64,000 nucleotides of DNA from an uncultured Acidobacteriota bacterium (GTDB lineage: Bacteria; Acidobacteriota; Thermoanaerobaculia; Multivoradales; UBA5704), in NCBI GenBank assembly GCA_963770895.1, contig CAVYRF010000002.1, forward strand, positions 2,976,001 to 3,040,000, written 5' to 3'. Made by a program: the position numbers and the translations under genes. A model generated the notes under the pieces. It worked only from the letters and a program-made list of their open reading frames with translations, was not told the DNA's origin and did not search any database. This document shows positions 11,444 through 21,303 of the stretch, piece after piece. The stretch's first letter is position 1; every line of letters starts with the position of its first letter.

Positions 11444-12124
11444 ATGCTGGCAACGTTTGCATCCGTAGGTGCGATCGGTATCTTGGTGGCGCTGCTTTGC
11501 TTATCGGGGATGATGTGCCTGGTCTTCAGAGCCGTCCGCATGCCCCAGGCTTTGGCTTGGACTCGGAAGCTCTTTGGTAGCCTCGCTCTGGCAGCTTGCG
11601 GGGTAGGTGTTTTGGTGACGCTGGTTGTCTTCTTTCGGTTACCAGCCCTTTTCGATCCACAGGGCGGCAATAATGGCAGTTGCTTTGATGATGCGCTGGG
11701 ACAGATCTCAAACGGGAGCGGCATGATTGTGTCTGGGCATTACACGTTGTGCGATGACTACTTTCACAGTTCAGGGGTGTATTTATACCTGCACGGATCC
11801 GCCGAGCCCGATAGACGCGAGAACCTGATTCTGCGATATTCCAACGATTGCTGCGGAGGCGCTCGCCCAAAGATTGCATGGCATGGTGCTGGCGCTTTGA
11901 CGATCGCGATTGGCAATGTAGACCAGGTCACGAAACTGGTGCCGTCTCTGCGTGGAGTTCATATTGACTATGCCGTGGGAAGTGAAGCAGTCCCGCGAAG
12001 CGCCTGGCCGGATCATATCCACCACATTCAAGTCCTTGCGGTTGGGTTGGTCGCATTGGATATCGCGCTAATCTTCTTGTCTAGAGCTATTTTGCGCTCT
12101 GTGCGGCGATGGGCAACGAAATGA
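11444..12124 (+). CDS. Putative immunity protein (membrane-anchored, extracytoplasmic domain)
   Basis: Directly follows the toxin tip, lower GC, N- and C-terminal TM segments, paralogous to 12493..13086. Confidence 0.7.
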   Translation: MLATFASVGAIGILVALLCLSGMMCLVFRAVRMPQALAWTRKLFGSLALAACGVGVLVTLVVFFRLPALFDPQGGNNGSCFDDALGQISNGSGMIVSGHYTLCDDYFHSSGVYLYLHGSAEPDRRENLILRYSNDCCGGARPKIAWHGAGALTIAIGNVDQVTKLVPSLRGVHIDYAVGSEAVPRSAWPDHIHHIQVLAVGLVALDIALIFLSRAILRSVRRWATK

Positions 12125-12489
12125 GGCTGCATGGCGCCACAGTAGAGGCACGTCCTTGATGCGAGCGTATCGGGAAGGCGTTCCAATGCTGCGCCGGCGG
12201 CAGGAGGCTTTTCGATGATATCAGCACCAACTAATATGCGGATATGTGACCGCGATCAGCTGTGCGCCGCCGTATGGATGCGCTTCTGAAGCGAGGAGGC
12301 TGGTGGTTAATCGGTGGAAAGCTCTATGGATTATCACAATCCTCTACCTCTGGCGCCACCTTTACGCAGCTCGCGGATGGCCGCGTCGGCATCCAGCCGC
12401 CGTCGTCGAAGGGGATGGTGTCAACATTGCTTGAAAAGCGTGGCGCATGGCTCGATAATCGGCGCTCGTCGCCGCTCCCGCCGCGGTGA

Positions 12490-13090
12490 GGGGTGCGCGT
12501 GATGGTGATATTGAAATACCTTGGCTTGGCGCTGTGCTGCGGATGCGTCATGGTGGCGGCACTCTTTTTGTCGCGACTTCCTGATTATCTGGATCCGCAG
12601 GGAATGGCCCCTGCTGACGAGTATGCCGAGAGCTGCTTCTCGACGGTGCTGCCGGACGTTGCCGGTGGGGATGGGTTCATTGTGTCAGGGCATCACACCT
12701 ATTGTGACGACATCATTCATGACTCGGCTGTGTACGTGTACTTGCATCGCGCCACTGAGTCAGATGACCGCCGGCATCTAGTGTTCAGATACGCCGACAA
12801 TTTCTTGGTGCCGGAACCGAAGATCGTTTGGACCGGAAAGTCTACTTTGTCTATCTCCGTCGGTCCTGTGGTTGCGGTGACGAAGGAGGTGTCCTCCCTG
12901 GAAGGAGTCAGGATCACCTATTCCGTGAAGAGGGAGCAGTATCCGCGCAGCGATATGGAGGCGGATACTCATGAGATGGAGTTACTGGTAGGAGGGGTGC
13001 TCTTGTTTGGCATCTTGATGGCAATTGTATCGTGGCGCCTTATCCGTTCGATTCGGCAGGGCCGGTCCCGGAATGAATCCACGTAGCTAC
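12490..13090 (+). repeat. ~600 bp direct repeat, copy 1 (copy 2 at 15114..15713)
   Basis: Near-identical sequence; by eye it differs by one T in a T-run and one G/A substitution. Confidence 0.92.
12493..13086 (+). CDS. Putative immunity protein, paralog of 11444..12124
   Basis: Shared motifs SCF...IVSGHxTxCDDxxHxSxVYxYLH...RY...PKIxWxG...VTKxVxSLxGVxIxYxV. Confidence 0.72.
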   Translation: MRVMVILKYLGLALCCGCVMVAALFLSRLPDYLDPQGMAPADEYAESCFSTVLPDVAGGDGFIVSGHHTYCDDIIHDSAVYVYLHRATESDDRRHLVFRYADNFLVPEPKIVWTGKSTLSISVGPVVAVTKEVSSLEGVRITYSVKREQYPRSDMEADTHEMELLVGGVLLFGILMAIVSWRLIRSIRQGRSRNEST

Positions 13091-13974
13091 AAACCGCCGG
13101 CAAGGGCACCGGCGACCACGGCTTCACCTACTCCACGCCAGCCCTCTACTCCGGCACCACCCACAGCCTGGCCGTCACCTATTCCGGCACCACCATCCCC
13201 TTGGGAGGCACCCCAAAGACCATCACCTGCCCAACCGAGCCCATCCTCACCCGCTTCTTCCCCGGAGGCATGCAGTCCAGCGGCACCAACTACTACTTCT
13301 CCTACGACCACCTGGGCAGCGTCCGCGAAGTCACCGACCCCAACGGCAACGTCATCAGCCGCTACGATTACGATCCCTACGGCCGCCTGACCGTCAATCA
13401 GGGTGTTCCGCCACGCCTCGGCTTCGCCGGTATGTACGACCACCAACCCTCTGGCCTCGGCCTGACCGAATACCGCGCCTACGACCCCAATCTTGGTCGC
13501 TGGGAAAGCCGGGATCTCGTAGAAAGCAACAACGCCTACATCTATGCGCTGAGCGATCCGATCGACAACCTCGACCCGCTCGGGCTCGACGTCACCGTTT
13601 GCTTTTACTCGGATGCTGCTGGTGGATTCGGGCATATCGGCTACGGCGTCACTGGGGAGACCAGTACCCAAGGTTTCTATCCCAAGAAAGGGGGTTCGGG
13701 GCCAGGAATTATCAAGCCCGATACTCAGAAGGTTGCCCAATGCCTAAGGATTCCAACGCCACCCTTCGTGGATCAGTGCCTCAAGCAATGTCGTGCTGAT
13801 CGGGCAGCAAATCCAGGCAACTACAATTTGCTGAATCGTCAGTGCACGAGCTTTGTCCGCGATTGCCTCAAGGCTTGTGGTATCAACACCACCATGTCAA
13901 GCAGCCCGGAGCCAGGAGACCTGTTCAACTATCTGTTACAGGGTTACCCGTCCACTCCGGGTACGGGAAATTAA
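13087..13974 (+). pseudogene. Orphan Rhs C-terminal cassette with a different toxin tip (permuted papain-like)
   Basis: 13090-13511 closely matches 10503-10924. The frame opens right after the upstream TAG with no ATG or RBS. DPIDNLDPLGL is followed by GHIG...YNLLNRQCTSFV. Confidence 0.82.
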
Positions 13975-14002
13975 ACCGTTGAAAGCCTCAGGTGCTTCGC
14001 AA

Positions 14003-14461
14003 ATGAAAATGGAGAAGTCGAAGTTGTCGGCAGTGGCTACATTTACGGCTGGCGGCGCTCTCGGCCCGCTCATCGTTGTCCTGGCCAAGATCACGCACCA
14101 CGATGGCGCCGCGACAAGTTTTGACATGTTTACTAGAAAGCTGGCGCTATCTTTGTGGCCGACGCAATGGGTCGCGTGGTACAGCCCTTCGATGGATTTT
14201 CAGATTCTGGCCGTTGTGTCAAACCTCGCTCTCTTCTGTTGGTGCTCGCTGCTCCTCTTTCGACTCGTCGGGGGCGTGGTTGTCGTGATAGTAACCATGC
14301 TCCTGGGGGCGATCGTTCTGGTCTTCTGGTTGCCGTTCCTGCTGGGCGCCATTAGGCTCTATACCCTCGCTGCGCTGGCAGTGGCATTCGTGGTTTACTG
14401 CTCACTTTACCTGACGGCAAACCGCAGGTCTTCAGGTGTCAGTCGCGGCTTCGTCGACTGA
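14003..14461 (+). CDS. Putative multi-TM immunity protein of the orphan toxin
   Basis: About 4 hydrophobic segments, immediately downstream of the orphan tip. Confidence 0.6.
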   Translation: MKMEKSKLSAVATFTAGGALGPLIVVLAKITHHDGAATSFDMFTRKLALSLWPTQWVAWYSPSMDFQILAVVSNLALFCWCSLLLFRLVGGVVVVIVTMLLGAIVLVFWLPFLLGAIRLYTLAALAVAFVVYCSLYLTANRRSSGVSRGFVD

Positions 14462-14475
14462 CCCGGGGCCTCACC

Positions 14476-14595
14476 GCATGCCGCAGTCTTTGGTCTGGGC
14501 TCGGAAGCTCTTAAATCGTCTCGCCCTGGTGGCCAGAGTTATATATATTCTATTGATCCATGCCGTCTGCGTTCGGCTTTTAGCCTTTGTGGGTA
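14476..14595 (+). pseudogene. Degenerate remnant of the 11444..12124 gene family
   Basis: RMPQSLVWARKLLNRLAL...VRLLAF versus RMPQALAWTRKLFGSLAL...FRLPAL; DNA similarity also visible. Confidence 0.6.
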
Positions 14596-14621
14596 GACAA
14601 GAGGCCGCGGTAGGCTGGGCT

Positions 14622-14969
14622 CTATCCGTCCTCGAATTCCATCGGCACCACTCGATAATCGACGCCAGGCACCGAGATTGGGGTTTGATCGAGCGAGGGC
14701 TCGAATCTCAAGTCGGCAGCCGTTCTGAACAGGTCGCGACCACAGAGCGGGCATTTCTGGAGGGTAAGGGCGGGGAGGGGCTTGTCTCGGCGCGTCGTCG
14801 TCTGGAGCTCGGGCGAGTATTGATATACGGCGTCGATGATCCATCCGCCCCAACCGCATGCTTTCTTGCTGCAGGCGCACACTGCGTATACGAGCCAGGC
14901 GTAATCCGGTCTGTCGATGTCGGGAAGTTCGATGTCAAGCAGCGGGTTGAACTTTCTTGGATAAGCCAT
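14622..14969 (-). CDS. Small hypothetical protein with probable Zn-binding cysteines
   Basis: AAGGAGG RBS before the ATG at 14969; CACSKKACGWGGW...CPLCG. Confidence 0.65.
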   Translation of the reverse strand: MAYPRKFNPLLDIELPDIDRPDYAWLVYAVCACSKKACGWGGWIIDAVYQYSPELQTTTRRDKPLPALTLQKCPLCGRDLFRTAADLRFEPSLDQTPISVPGVDYRVVPMEFEDG

Positions 14970-15116
14970 GAAATCCTCCTTCGTCAAGGATAGCAGGAAG
15001 AGATTTCTTCTGTAGCGCTGGTTCGATGCGAACTGGATAAAGGAGCCCTGGCGTCGGTGCGGTGGCCGGCCCGGAGGACCTGGAGGCGAGCAGCCGCGAA
15101 TGCGCTATTCTGGGGG

Positions 15117-15709
15117 GTGCGCGTGATGGTGATATTGAAATACCTTGGCTTGGCGCTGTGCTGCGGATGCGTCATGGTGGCGGCACTCTTTTGTCGCGAC
15201 TTCCTGATTATCTGGATCCGCAGGGAATGGCCCCTGCTGACGAGTATGCCGAGAGCTGCTTCTCGACGGTGCTGCCGAACGTTGCCGGTGGGGATGGGTT
15301 CATTGTGTCAGGGCATCACACCTATTGTGACGACATCATTCATGACTCGGCTGTGTACGTGTACTTGCATCGCGCCACTGAGTCAGATGACCGCCGGCAT
15401 CTAGTGTTCAGATACGCCGACAATTTCTTGGTGCCGGAACCGAAGATCGTTTGGACCGGAAAGTCTACTTTGTCTATCTCCGTCGGTCCTGTGGTTGCGG
15501 TGACGAAGGAGGTGTCCTCCCTGGAAGGAGTCAGGATCACCTATTCCGTGAAGAGGGAGCAGTATCCGCGCAGCGATATGGAGGCGGATACTCATGAGAT
15601 GGAGTTACTGGTAGGAGGGGTGCTCTTGTTTGGCATCTTGATGGCAATTGTATCGTGGCGCCTTATCCGTTCGATTCGGCAGGGCCGGTCCCGGAATGAA
15701 TCCACGTAG
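15117..15709 (+). pseudogene. Frameshifted duplicate of the 12493..13086 immunity gene
   Basis: ACTC-TTTT-G near 15185 versus ACTC-TTTTT-G in copy 1, shifting the frame after MVAAL. Confidence 0.8.
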
Positions 15710-15951
15710 CTACCTCCCGCACGGATTCTTTCTGTCGCGCCCAGTCGATTCGCACTGGATCGATCAGCCCCTGTGGCACCGAGAGTTCGCGTTTGCATTG
15801 CCGGCGCAGACTGTCCGAAACCGGCTTTGCTGATGGCGATTTGACGTCCGGGGCTGCGTGAGCCACGGCTCACGCAGCCCTCCTCTGCCTTGCTTGTGCG
15901 GGTTGAGGGCCTGTGTGGCCTGCGCGAGCTGGCGCGAAGCCTGGCCGCGGG

Positions 15952-17115
15952 TCAGCGGGGGCGGGCGGGGTAGGAGTGGAGGTCGGCGGCGGTGGGGGGG
16001 GTGGTGATGGGGGGAGTGGGGGTGGTGCGGGAGCGGGGGCGGCGGCGGGCGCTGCCGAGCTGGCGCATGCCGAAGATGACCAGGAACTCGATGGCGACCA
16101 GGAGGAGGCCGAGGTTGGTGAGGCCGGTGACGGCGACGAGGAGGGCCATGGCGCAGAAGGTGACGACCAGGGCGTAGATGAGGGCGACGACGTGGGCGCG
16201 GCGGGCGCCGAATTGGCCCAGCAGGTGGTGGAGGTGCTTGCGGTCGGCGCGGAACATGCGGAGGAAGCGGCGCAGGGGTTGGGCTTGCGGGCTGTCGATG
16301 AAGCGCACGGCCATGACCAGGAGGGTGTCGATGACCGGGACGCCAAGGGCCAGGAAGGGGACGAGGATGGCTACGGCCGCGGGGGCCTTGAGGGCGGAAT
16401 GCAGGCTCATGGCGGCGAGCAGGAAGCCCAGGGTGAGGGCGCCGGAATCGCCCATGAAAATGCGGGCGGGCTCCCAGTTGTGGCGCAGGAAGCCGATGCA
16501 GGCGCCGGCGACGGCGGCCATCAGGACGACGGTGCCGGGGCTGCCTTGCATGGCGGCGTAGCCGAGCATGCTGATGGAGATGATGGCGACGACGCCGCCG
16601 GCCAGGCCGTCGAGGCCGTCGATGAGGTTGATGGCGTTGGTGACGCCGACGATCCAGAGCAGGGTGACGATGCTGCCCCAGAAGCCCAGGTCGATGCCGC
16701 CGAGGAAGGGGAGGCGCAGGACGTGGAAGGACCAGCCGGCGGCCAGGAGCATGCAGCCGGCGGCGAGCTGGACCAGGAACTTGGTGCCGCTGCCGACCCC
16801 GATCAGGTCGTCGATGACGCCGATGGCGAACACCACCAGGGCGCCGAAGGAGAGGGCGAGGATCTCTTTGCCGGCGATGGTGGTGCCCCAGCTGTGCCAT
16901 TGCAGCAGGGCGGCGCAGCCGGCAGCCAGGCCCAGACCGGCGACGATCGCGACGCCGCCCAGGCGAGGCATGGCGCTCGCCTGCATCTTGCGCACGCTGG
17001 GCTGATCCATCGCGCGCACGGCGATGGCGAGGCGAATGACCGGCGGAACCAGCAGGTGGGTCAGGACCGCGGCGGCCAGGGCGGCGCCGGCGGCATACCA
17101 AGCAAGATGTTCCAT
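15952..17115 (-). CDS. wecA: MraY/WecA-family undecaprenyl-phosphate GlcNAc-1-phosphate transferase
   Basis: [40 protein letters not shown]. Confidence 0.88.
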   Translation of the reverse strand: MEHLAWYAAGAALAAAVLTHLLVPPVIRLAIAVRAMDQPSVRKMQASAMPRLGGVAIVAGLGLAAGCAALLQWHSWGTTIAGKEILALSFGALVVFAIGVIDDLIGVGSGTKFLVQLAAGCMLLAAGWSFHVLRLPFLGGIDLGFWGSIVTLLWIVGVTNAINLIDGLDGLAGGVVAIISISMLGYAAMQGSPGTVVLMAAVAGACIGFLRHNWEPARIFMGDSGALTLGFLLAAMSLHSALKAPAAVAILVPFLALGVPVIDTLLVMAVRFIDSPQAQPLRRFLRMFRADRKHLHHLLGQFGARRAHVVALIYALVVTFCAMALLVAVTGLTNLGLLLVAIEFLVIFGMRQLGSARRRPRSRTTPTPPITTPPTAADLHSYPARPR

Positions 17116-17521
17116 ACCCGTTGCGTCCCTTCCCATCGCCGATCAGCGAAATGGCCTCTTCGAGGTCCGGGTGGATACCCGCACCTGAAGTCCAGCCCCC
17201 GACGGGTGATCCAGCTGATCTCGGCTTAACCGCGAAAGTACCACAGATTCACCCTGAAGCGGCCATTCTTCCCACCCGGCTGAGGCCAAATCTGACCAGC
17301 CTGCCTCAGGGGATGAGGGGGCGACGTGGGAACTTTCGTGCTGGTAGGTGGTCGTGGCGCCGCAATCCGGTCCTCTGGCAAGGCGCGCCGACGCAGGCAT
17401 AGTCGAACGTATGGCGAGGAGGCGGCCGGGGCTGTCGCCTGACCCGGCACTCCCGGCAGGGAGCAAGCCGCCAGGGGGCCGGAGGGCAAGCGAATGCCAT
17501 GCGAATGAACCGGACGGGACA

Positions 17522-18646
17522 CTAACTGCCGACGTCTTCGTCGGGTTCCATGTAGGCGGCGATCTGGCGCCGGCACCAGCCTCCCATGTCGTCCCCTGCG
17601 TAGTACGCGCGGTACCAGTCGACGGTTTGGGCGACCGTCTCGGCGAATCCCCAGCGCGGCGTCCAGCCCAGGGTTTCGCGCGCCTTGTCGATCGACAGCC
17701 GGATCGGCGCCGGCTCCTGCGCGGCGCTGCGCTCGCGGTCGCGCTGCTTGCCGGTGGGTTCTTCGACGCGCTCCCAGGTGCCGCTGCCCCAATGGGCGAT
17801 CACCGCTTCGACCAGCTCCCAGACGGTGCGCCCGGCGGCCGGGGCGAGGGCGAAGTTCCAGGCTCCAGACAGGGTCTGGCGCTCGCTCGGGCCGGCGGCC
17901 AGCAGCCGGCCGCCGATGGTGAGATAGCCCGACAGCGGTTCGAGCACGTGCTGCCAGGGCCGCACGGTGCGCGGCCGCCGCACCTTGACGGCTTCGCCGG
18001 CGGCGAGGGCGCGGATGATGTCGGGCACCAGCAGCCCCGGCGTCCAGTCGCCGCCGCCGATGGCGCTGCCGGCGCGGGCGGTGGCGATGCCGACGCCACG
18101 GTCGGCCAGGAAGGAGGTGTGAAAGGCGCGGCTGAGCAGCTCGGCGGCGGATTGGCTGGCGCTCGCCACGTCGTCGCCTCCCAGCGGGTCGATTTCGCGA
18201 TAGGCGTACGGCCAGCCGCGGTCGTCGTAGCAGCGGTCGCTGGTGACGATGACCAGGGCGGCGGGCGAAGGCTTGCGGCGGGCCAGCTCCAGCAGGTTGG
18301 TGATGCCCAGGACGTTGGTCGCCACGGTCTTGAGCGGGTCGCGCAGACCCTGCTCGACCAGCGGTTGCGCCGCCAGGTGGAAGACGATCTCGGGGCGGCT
18401 CTCCTTCCAGGCGGCTTCGAGCGGCGGCATGTCCTGGATGTCGCCCTGGACGTCGGCCACCAGCGAGTCGGTGACGCGCGCGGCGGCAAACAGATTGGGC
18501 TCGTAGGCGGGCGGCGCGCTGTGGCCGGCGACCCGCGCCCCCAGCTCCGTCAGCCAGGTGGCGAGCCATCCGCCCTGGAAGCTGCTGTGGCCGGTGACCA
18601 GCACGCGGCGCCCGCGATAGACGTTGCGCAGCTCTTCAGGTGTCAA
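17522..18646 (-). CDS. CDP-glucose 4,6-dehydratase (RfbG)-like protein with degenerate catalytic motifs
   Basis: VLVTGH, FHLAAQPLV, TSDRCY, IGGGDW, RPWQHVLEPLSGYL; the YxxxK position reads ASASQ. Confidence 0.85.
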   Translation of the reverse strand: MTPEELRNVYRGRRVLVTGHSSFQGGWLATWLTELGARVAGHSAPPAYEPNLFAAARVTDSLVADVQGDIQDMPPLEAAWKESRPEIVFHLAAQPLVEQGLRDPLKTVATNVLGITNLLELARRKPSPAALVIVTSDRCYDDRGWPYAYREIDPLGGDDVASASQSAAELLSRAFHTSFLADRGVGIATARAGSAIGGGDWTPGLLVPDIIRALAAGEAVKVRRPRTVRPWQHVLEPLSGYLTIGGRLLAAGPSERQTLSGAWNFALAPAAGRTVWELVEAVIAHWGSGTWERVEEPTGKQRDRERSAAQEPAPIRLSIDKARETLGWTPRWGFAETVAQTVDWYRAYYAGDDMGGWCRRQIAAYMEPDEDVGS

Positions 18647-18760
18647 GCGCGCCCTCCGCTCGATCCTCGCGACGACGGTATGTGTCGCGCGGGACCTTCG
18701 CCTTTGTCCGCAGGAGTCTAGTAGAAGCGATGGCGCGGCGCGCGACGGATGTGGATGCTG

Positions 18761-19990
18761 TCACCGCGGCGGCGCGCCGGCGGCGGGCTTGGCCCCGCTC
18801 GCCGCCGGTGTTGTCGCGGTGGTGGCCGCCGCGGGCGCCGTTGCGGGCGGTGCCGAGGCGCTGGCCGCGGCGCGGTCGGCCAGCGCTTCGAGCGCCGCGG
18901 CCAGCGCCTGGGCGTCGCCCGTCTCGACCTGGAAGTATCCGCCGCCGGCGGCGTCCGCCAGCAGGTGGATGTCGGAGCGGCGGCTGCCGACGTAGAGGAT
19001 GTCGCGGCGCGAGGCCAGGCAGCCGTAGATCTTCGACGGCAGCACGTAGCCGACGAAGGGGTTGCGCAGGGTGATCAGGTGCGCATCGGGCGTGACCAGC
19101 AGGCGCGCCAGCAGCGCCAGCGGCAGCGGCCGGCCGCGCACCAGCGGCAGGCCCTCGTCGCGCAGGGCCTTTTCCACCAGGTCGGCGCGCGCCCCGGTGG
19201 CGTTCAGCCACAGCCCGACCCGGCCGGAGCCCTGGCGGTGGTGCAGCCGGTAGCCGGCCACGAAGGTCTGGTGATCGTGGGCGACGCCGAAGTTGCCCGA
19301 GTAGAGCAGCACGCAACGCCCTGCCAGCTCGGCCGGGCGTTCCAGCGGCGCGGTGCCCGGCGGGATCTCGACCGGCGAGGGGTCGCGCTTGAGGACGATG
19401 CGGTCGCCTGCGATGCCCTGTGCCAGCAGTCGCTGGCGCTGGTCCTGCCCCAGCACCTCGAAGCGGTCCACCAGCCGCCGCCGCAGCGCCACGGTCAGCC
19501 GATGGAAGGCGATGAGCAGCGCGCCCCCAGGCCGCCACCGCACCTGGCCGGCGTCGTCGAGCAGCCCGCGCTCCGCCATCAGGCATTCAGGGTGAAAGTC
19601 GGTGATGCGGTAGACCAGGGTCTTGCGCAGCAGCGCCGCCAGCGGCGCCGCCAGGTGGAGCAGGAACGGCGGGCTGCCGGTGATCAGGATCTCGTCGGCT
19701 CGCCGCACCGCTCCGCGCACCCCCCACAGCAGGCCCAGGTTGGTGCGGGCGGTCCACCAGGCGCGCGCCCCCAGGCGGGACCGGTCGTAGAGCGGCGCGC
19801 GCCGCCGCACCACCCGCAGCCGCCCGGCCCCCACCAGCTCGTCGGTGGTGCCCGGTTGTCCCGACGTCAGACCGGCCAGCACGACGTCCTGGCCGGCCGC
19901 GGCGCGCTCGCCGGCGAACAGCAGGCTGTACTGGCCCACGGCGCCGAAGTCCGGGGGCAGCCAGTCGCAGAAGTAGACCAGACGGTGCAT
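18761..19990 (-). CDS. Glycosyltransferase family 4 (WcaI-like)
   Basis: MHRLVYFCDWLPPDFGAVGQY, SPPFL, LYSGNFGVAH, VLPSKIYGCLA. Confidence 0.8.
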   Translation of the reverse strand: MHRLVYFCDWLPPDFGAVGQYSLLFAGERAAAGQDVVLAGLTSGQPGTTDELVGAGRLRVVRRRAPLYDRSRLGARAWWTARTNLGLLWGVRGAVRRADEILITGSPPFLLHLAAPLAALLRKTLVYRITDFHPECLMAERGLLDDAGQVRWRPGGALLIAFHRLTVALRRRLVDRFEVLGQDQRQRLLAQGIAGDRIVLKRDPSPVEIPPGTAPLERPAELAGRCVLLYSGNFGVAHDHQTFVAGYRLHHRQGSGRVGLWLNATGARADLVEKALRDEGLPLVRGRPLPLALLARLLVTPDAHLITLRNPFVGYVLPSKIYGCLASRRDILYVGSRRSDIHLLADAAGGGYFQVETGDAQALAAALEALADRAAASASAPPATAPAAATTATTPAASGAKPAAGAPPR

Positions 19991-20004
19991 CGCCACGCGC
20001 CGCC

Positions 20005-21303
20005 TCAACCCGTCCGCGCGGCAGGGATGGCCGGCGGCGGGGCCGCCGGGGGGATCGGCGTGCTGTCGTCGCCGGCTCCGGTTCCGGCGCCGGCGTCGGC
20101 CGGCTGGGTCGGCACGACGGTGAAGCGCCGGTCCTTGAGCCGCAGGAAGGGCCGTTCGAAATACCGGTACGACAGGAACGCCAGCAGGAACGTCAGGCCG
20201 AACACCACGCCGTAGTAGCCGGCGCAGTAGAGCGCCAGCGGGCGGCCGCGCCACCACGTGGTGTGCTTGAACAGCTGCGAGGCGGCGTACACGGCGGGCA
20301 TGTGCAGCATGTAGATGCCGTAGGAGATCGTCCCCAGGTGGTCCAGGCCGCGGTTGGCGAGCGGCGCCGCCAGGCTGCGCGGATTGGCGGCCACCTCCAG
20401 GATCAGCCAGCAGTACAGGACCACCTGCGCCGCCTCGTAGCCCAGCCAGTTCCAGGGCACGAAGCTGGTCAGGTAGAGGTCGAGCAGCAGGGCGGCCATC
20501 AGCAGCTGCGCCGCCCGGTTGGCGAAGACCGGCAGCCGCATCAGTGCGGCGGGACGCCGGTGCAGCCACCAGGCGCACAGGCCGCCGGCCGCCATGTAGT
20601 GGAACTTGAGCTGTTCGAAAAAGCGCTTGCTCCAGTGCGTCCCCAGGAGGTCGTAGTGGACCAGGCAGAAGCTGGCCAGCGAGACGGCGAAGACCCCGCA
20701 GCAGATGGCGGGCAGCCGCCGGTGCCAGCGTTGCACCACCGGCGCCCACAGCAGGTAAAACTGCTCTTCGACGCCGATCGACCAGCTGGGATTGAGGATG
20801 CCGCCGACCGTGTACAGGCTGTTCATCAGGTTGGGCAGCAGCGCGCCATAGAGGGCCAGGGCGAGCGGCAGGCTGTAGTCGACGCGATAGCGGATGCCCA
20901 GGTGCGGCAGCAGGCCGCTGTAGAAGAAAAGGCCGAAGCCGACGACGGCAAAATAGAGCGGCCAGATGCGGCAGACCCGCCGCAGGTAAAAGCTGCCGAC
21001 CCGGATGGTGCCGCCGGCGCGCAGCTCGTCGAGCAGCAGGTAGGTGATCAGGAAGCCGGACAGCGCGAAGAAAAAGCAGACCGCGAAAGAGCCGCGGTAA
21101 AAGAACGTGCCGCTGTTGGGGTGCGGCAGCCCGACGCTCTCCTGGTTGAGCGGCACGTGGTCCAGGACGACGAAGAACGCCGCCAGGAACCGCAGGCTGT
21201 TCAGGCCCCGGAAGTGGACTTTGTGCGGCGCGGCCGGCTGCTCAGCGCTCGGTGAGCATCTCGGCGAGGTAGCCACCGACCTTTTGCCGCTCGTGGTGCG
21301 CAA
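20005..21303 (-). CDS. Acyltransferase family 3 (O-acyltransferase); start uncertain (possibly GTG at 21276)
   Basis: GLNSLRFLAA, FFALSGFLIT, FYLRRVCRIWPLY, WSIGVEEQFYLLW, SYGIYMLH, SYRYFERPF. Confidence 0.9.
   Translation of the reverse strand: MRTTSGKRSVATSPRCSPSAEQPAAPHKVHFRGLNSLRFLAAFFVVLDHVPLNQESVGLPHPNSGTFFYRGSFAVCFFFALSGFLITYLLLDELRAGGTIRVGSFYLRRVCRIWPLYFAVVGFGLFFYSGLLPHLGIRYRVDYSLPLALALYGALLPNLMNSLYTVGGILNPSWSIGVEEQFYLLWAPVVQRWHRRLPAICCGVFAVSLASFCLVHYDLLGTHWSKRFFEQLKFHYMAAGGLCAWWLHRRPAALMRLPVFANRAAQLLMAALLLDLYLTSFVPWNWLGYEAAQVVLYCWLILEVAANPRSLAAPLANRGLDHLGTISYGIYMLHMPAVYAASQLFKHTTWWRGRPLALYCAGYYGVVFGLTFLLAFLSYRYFERPFLRLKDRRFTVVPTQPADAGAGTGAGDDSTPIPPAAPPPAIPAARTG

Noticed and set aside
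12125-12489. Short ORFs between the immunity genes (e.g. 12262..12489)
   Set aside because: No recognisable motif or RBS; could be a toxin remnant but this is unsupported
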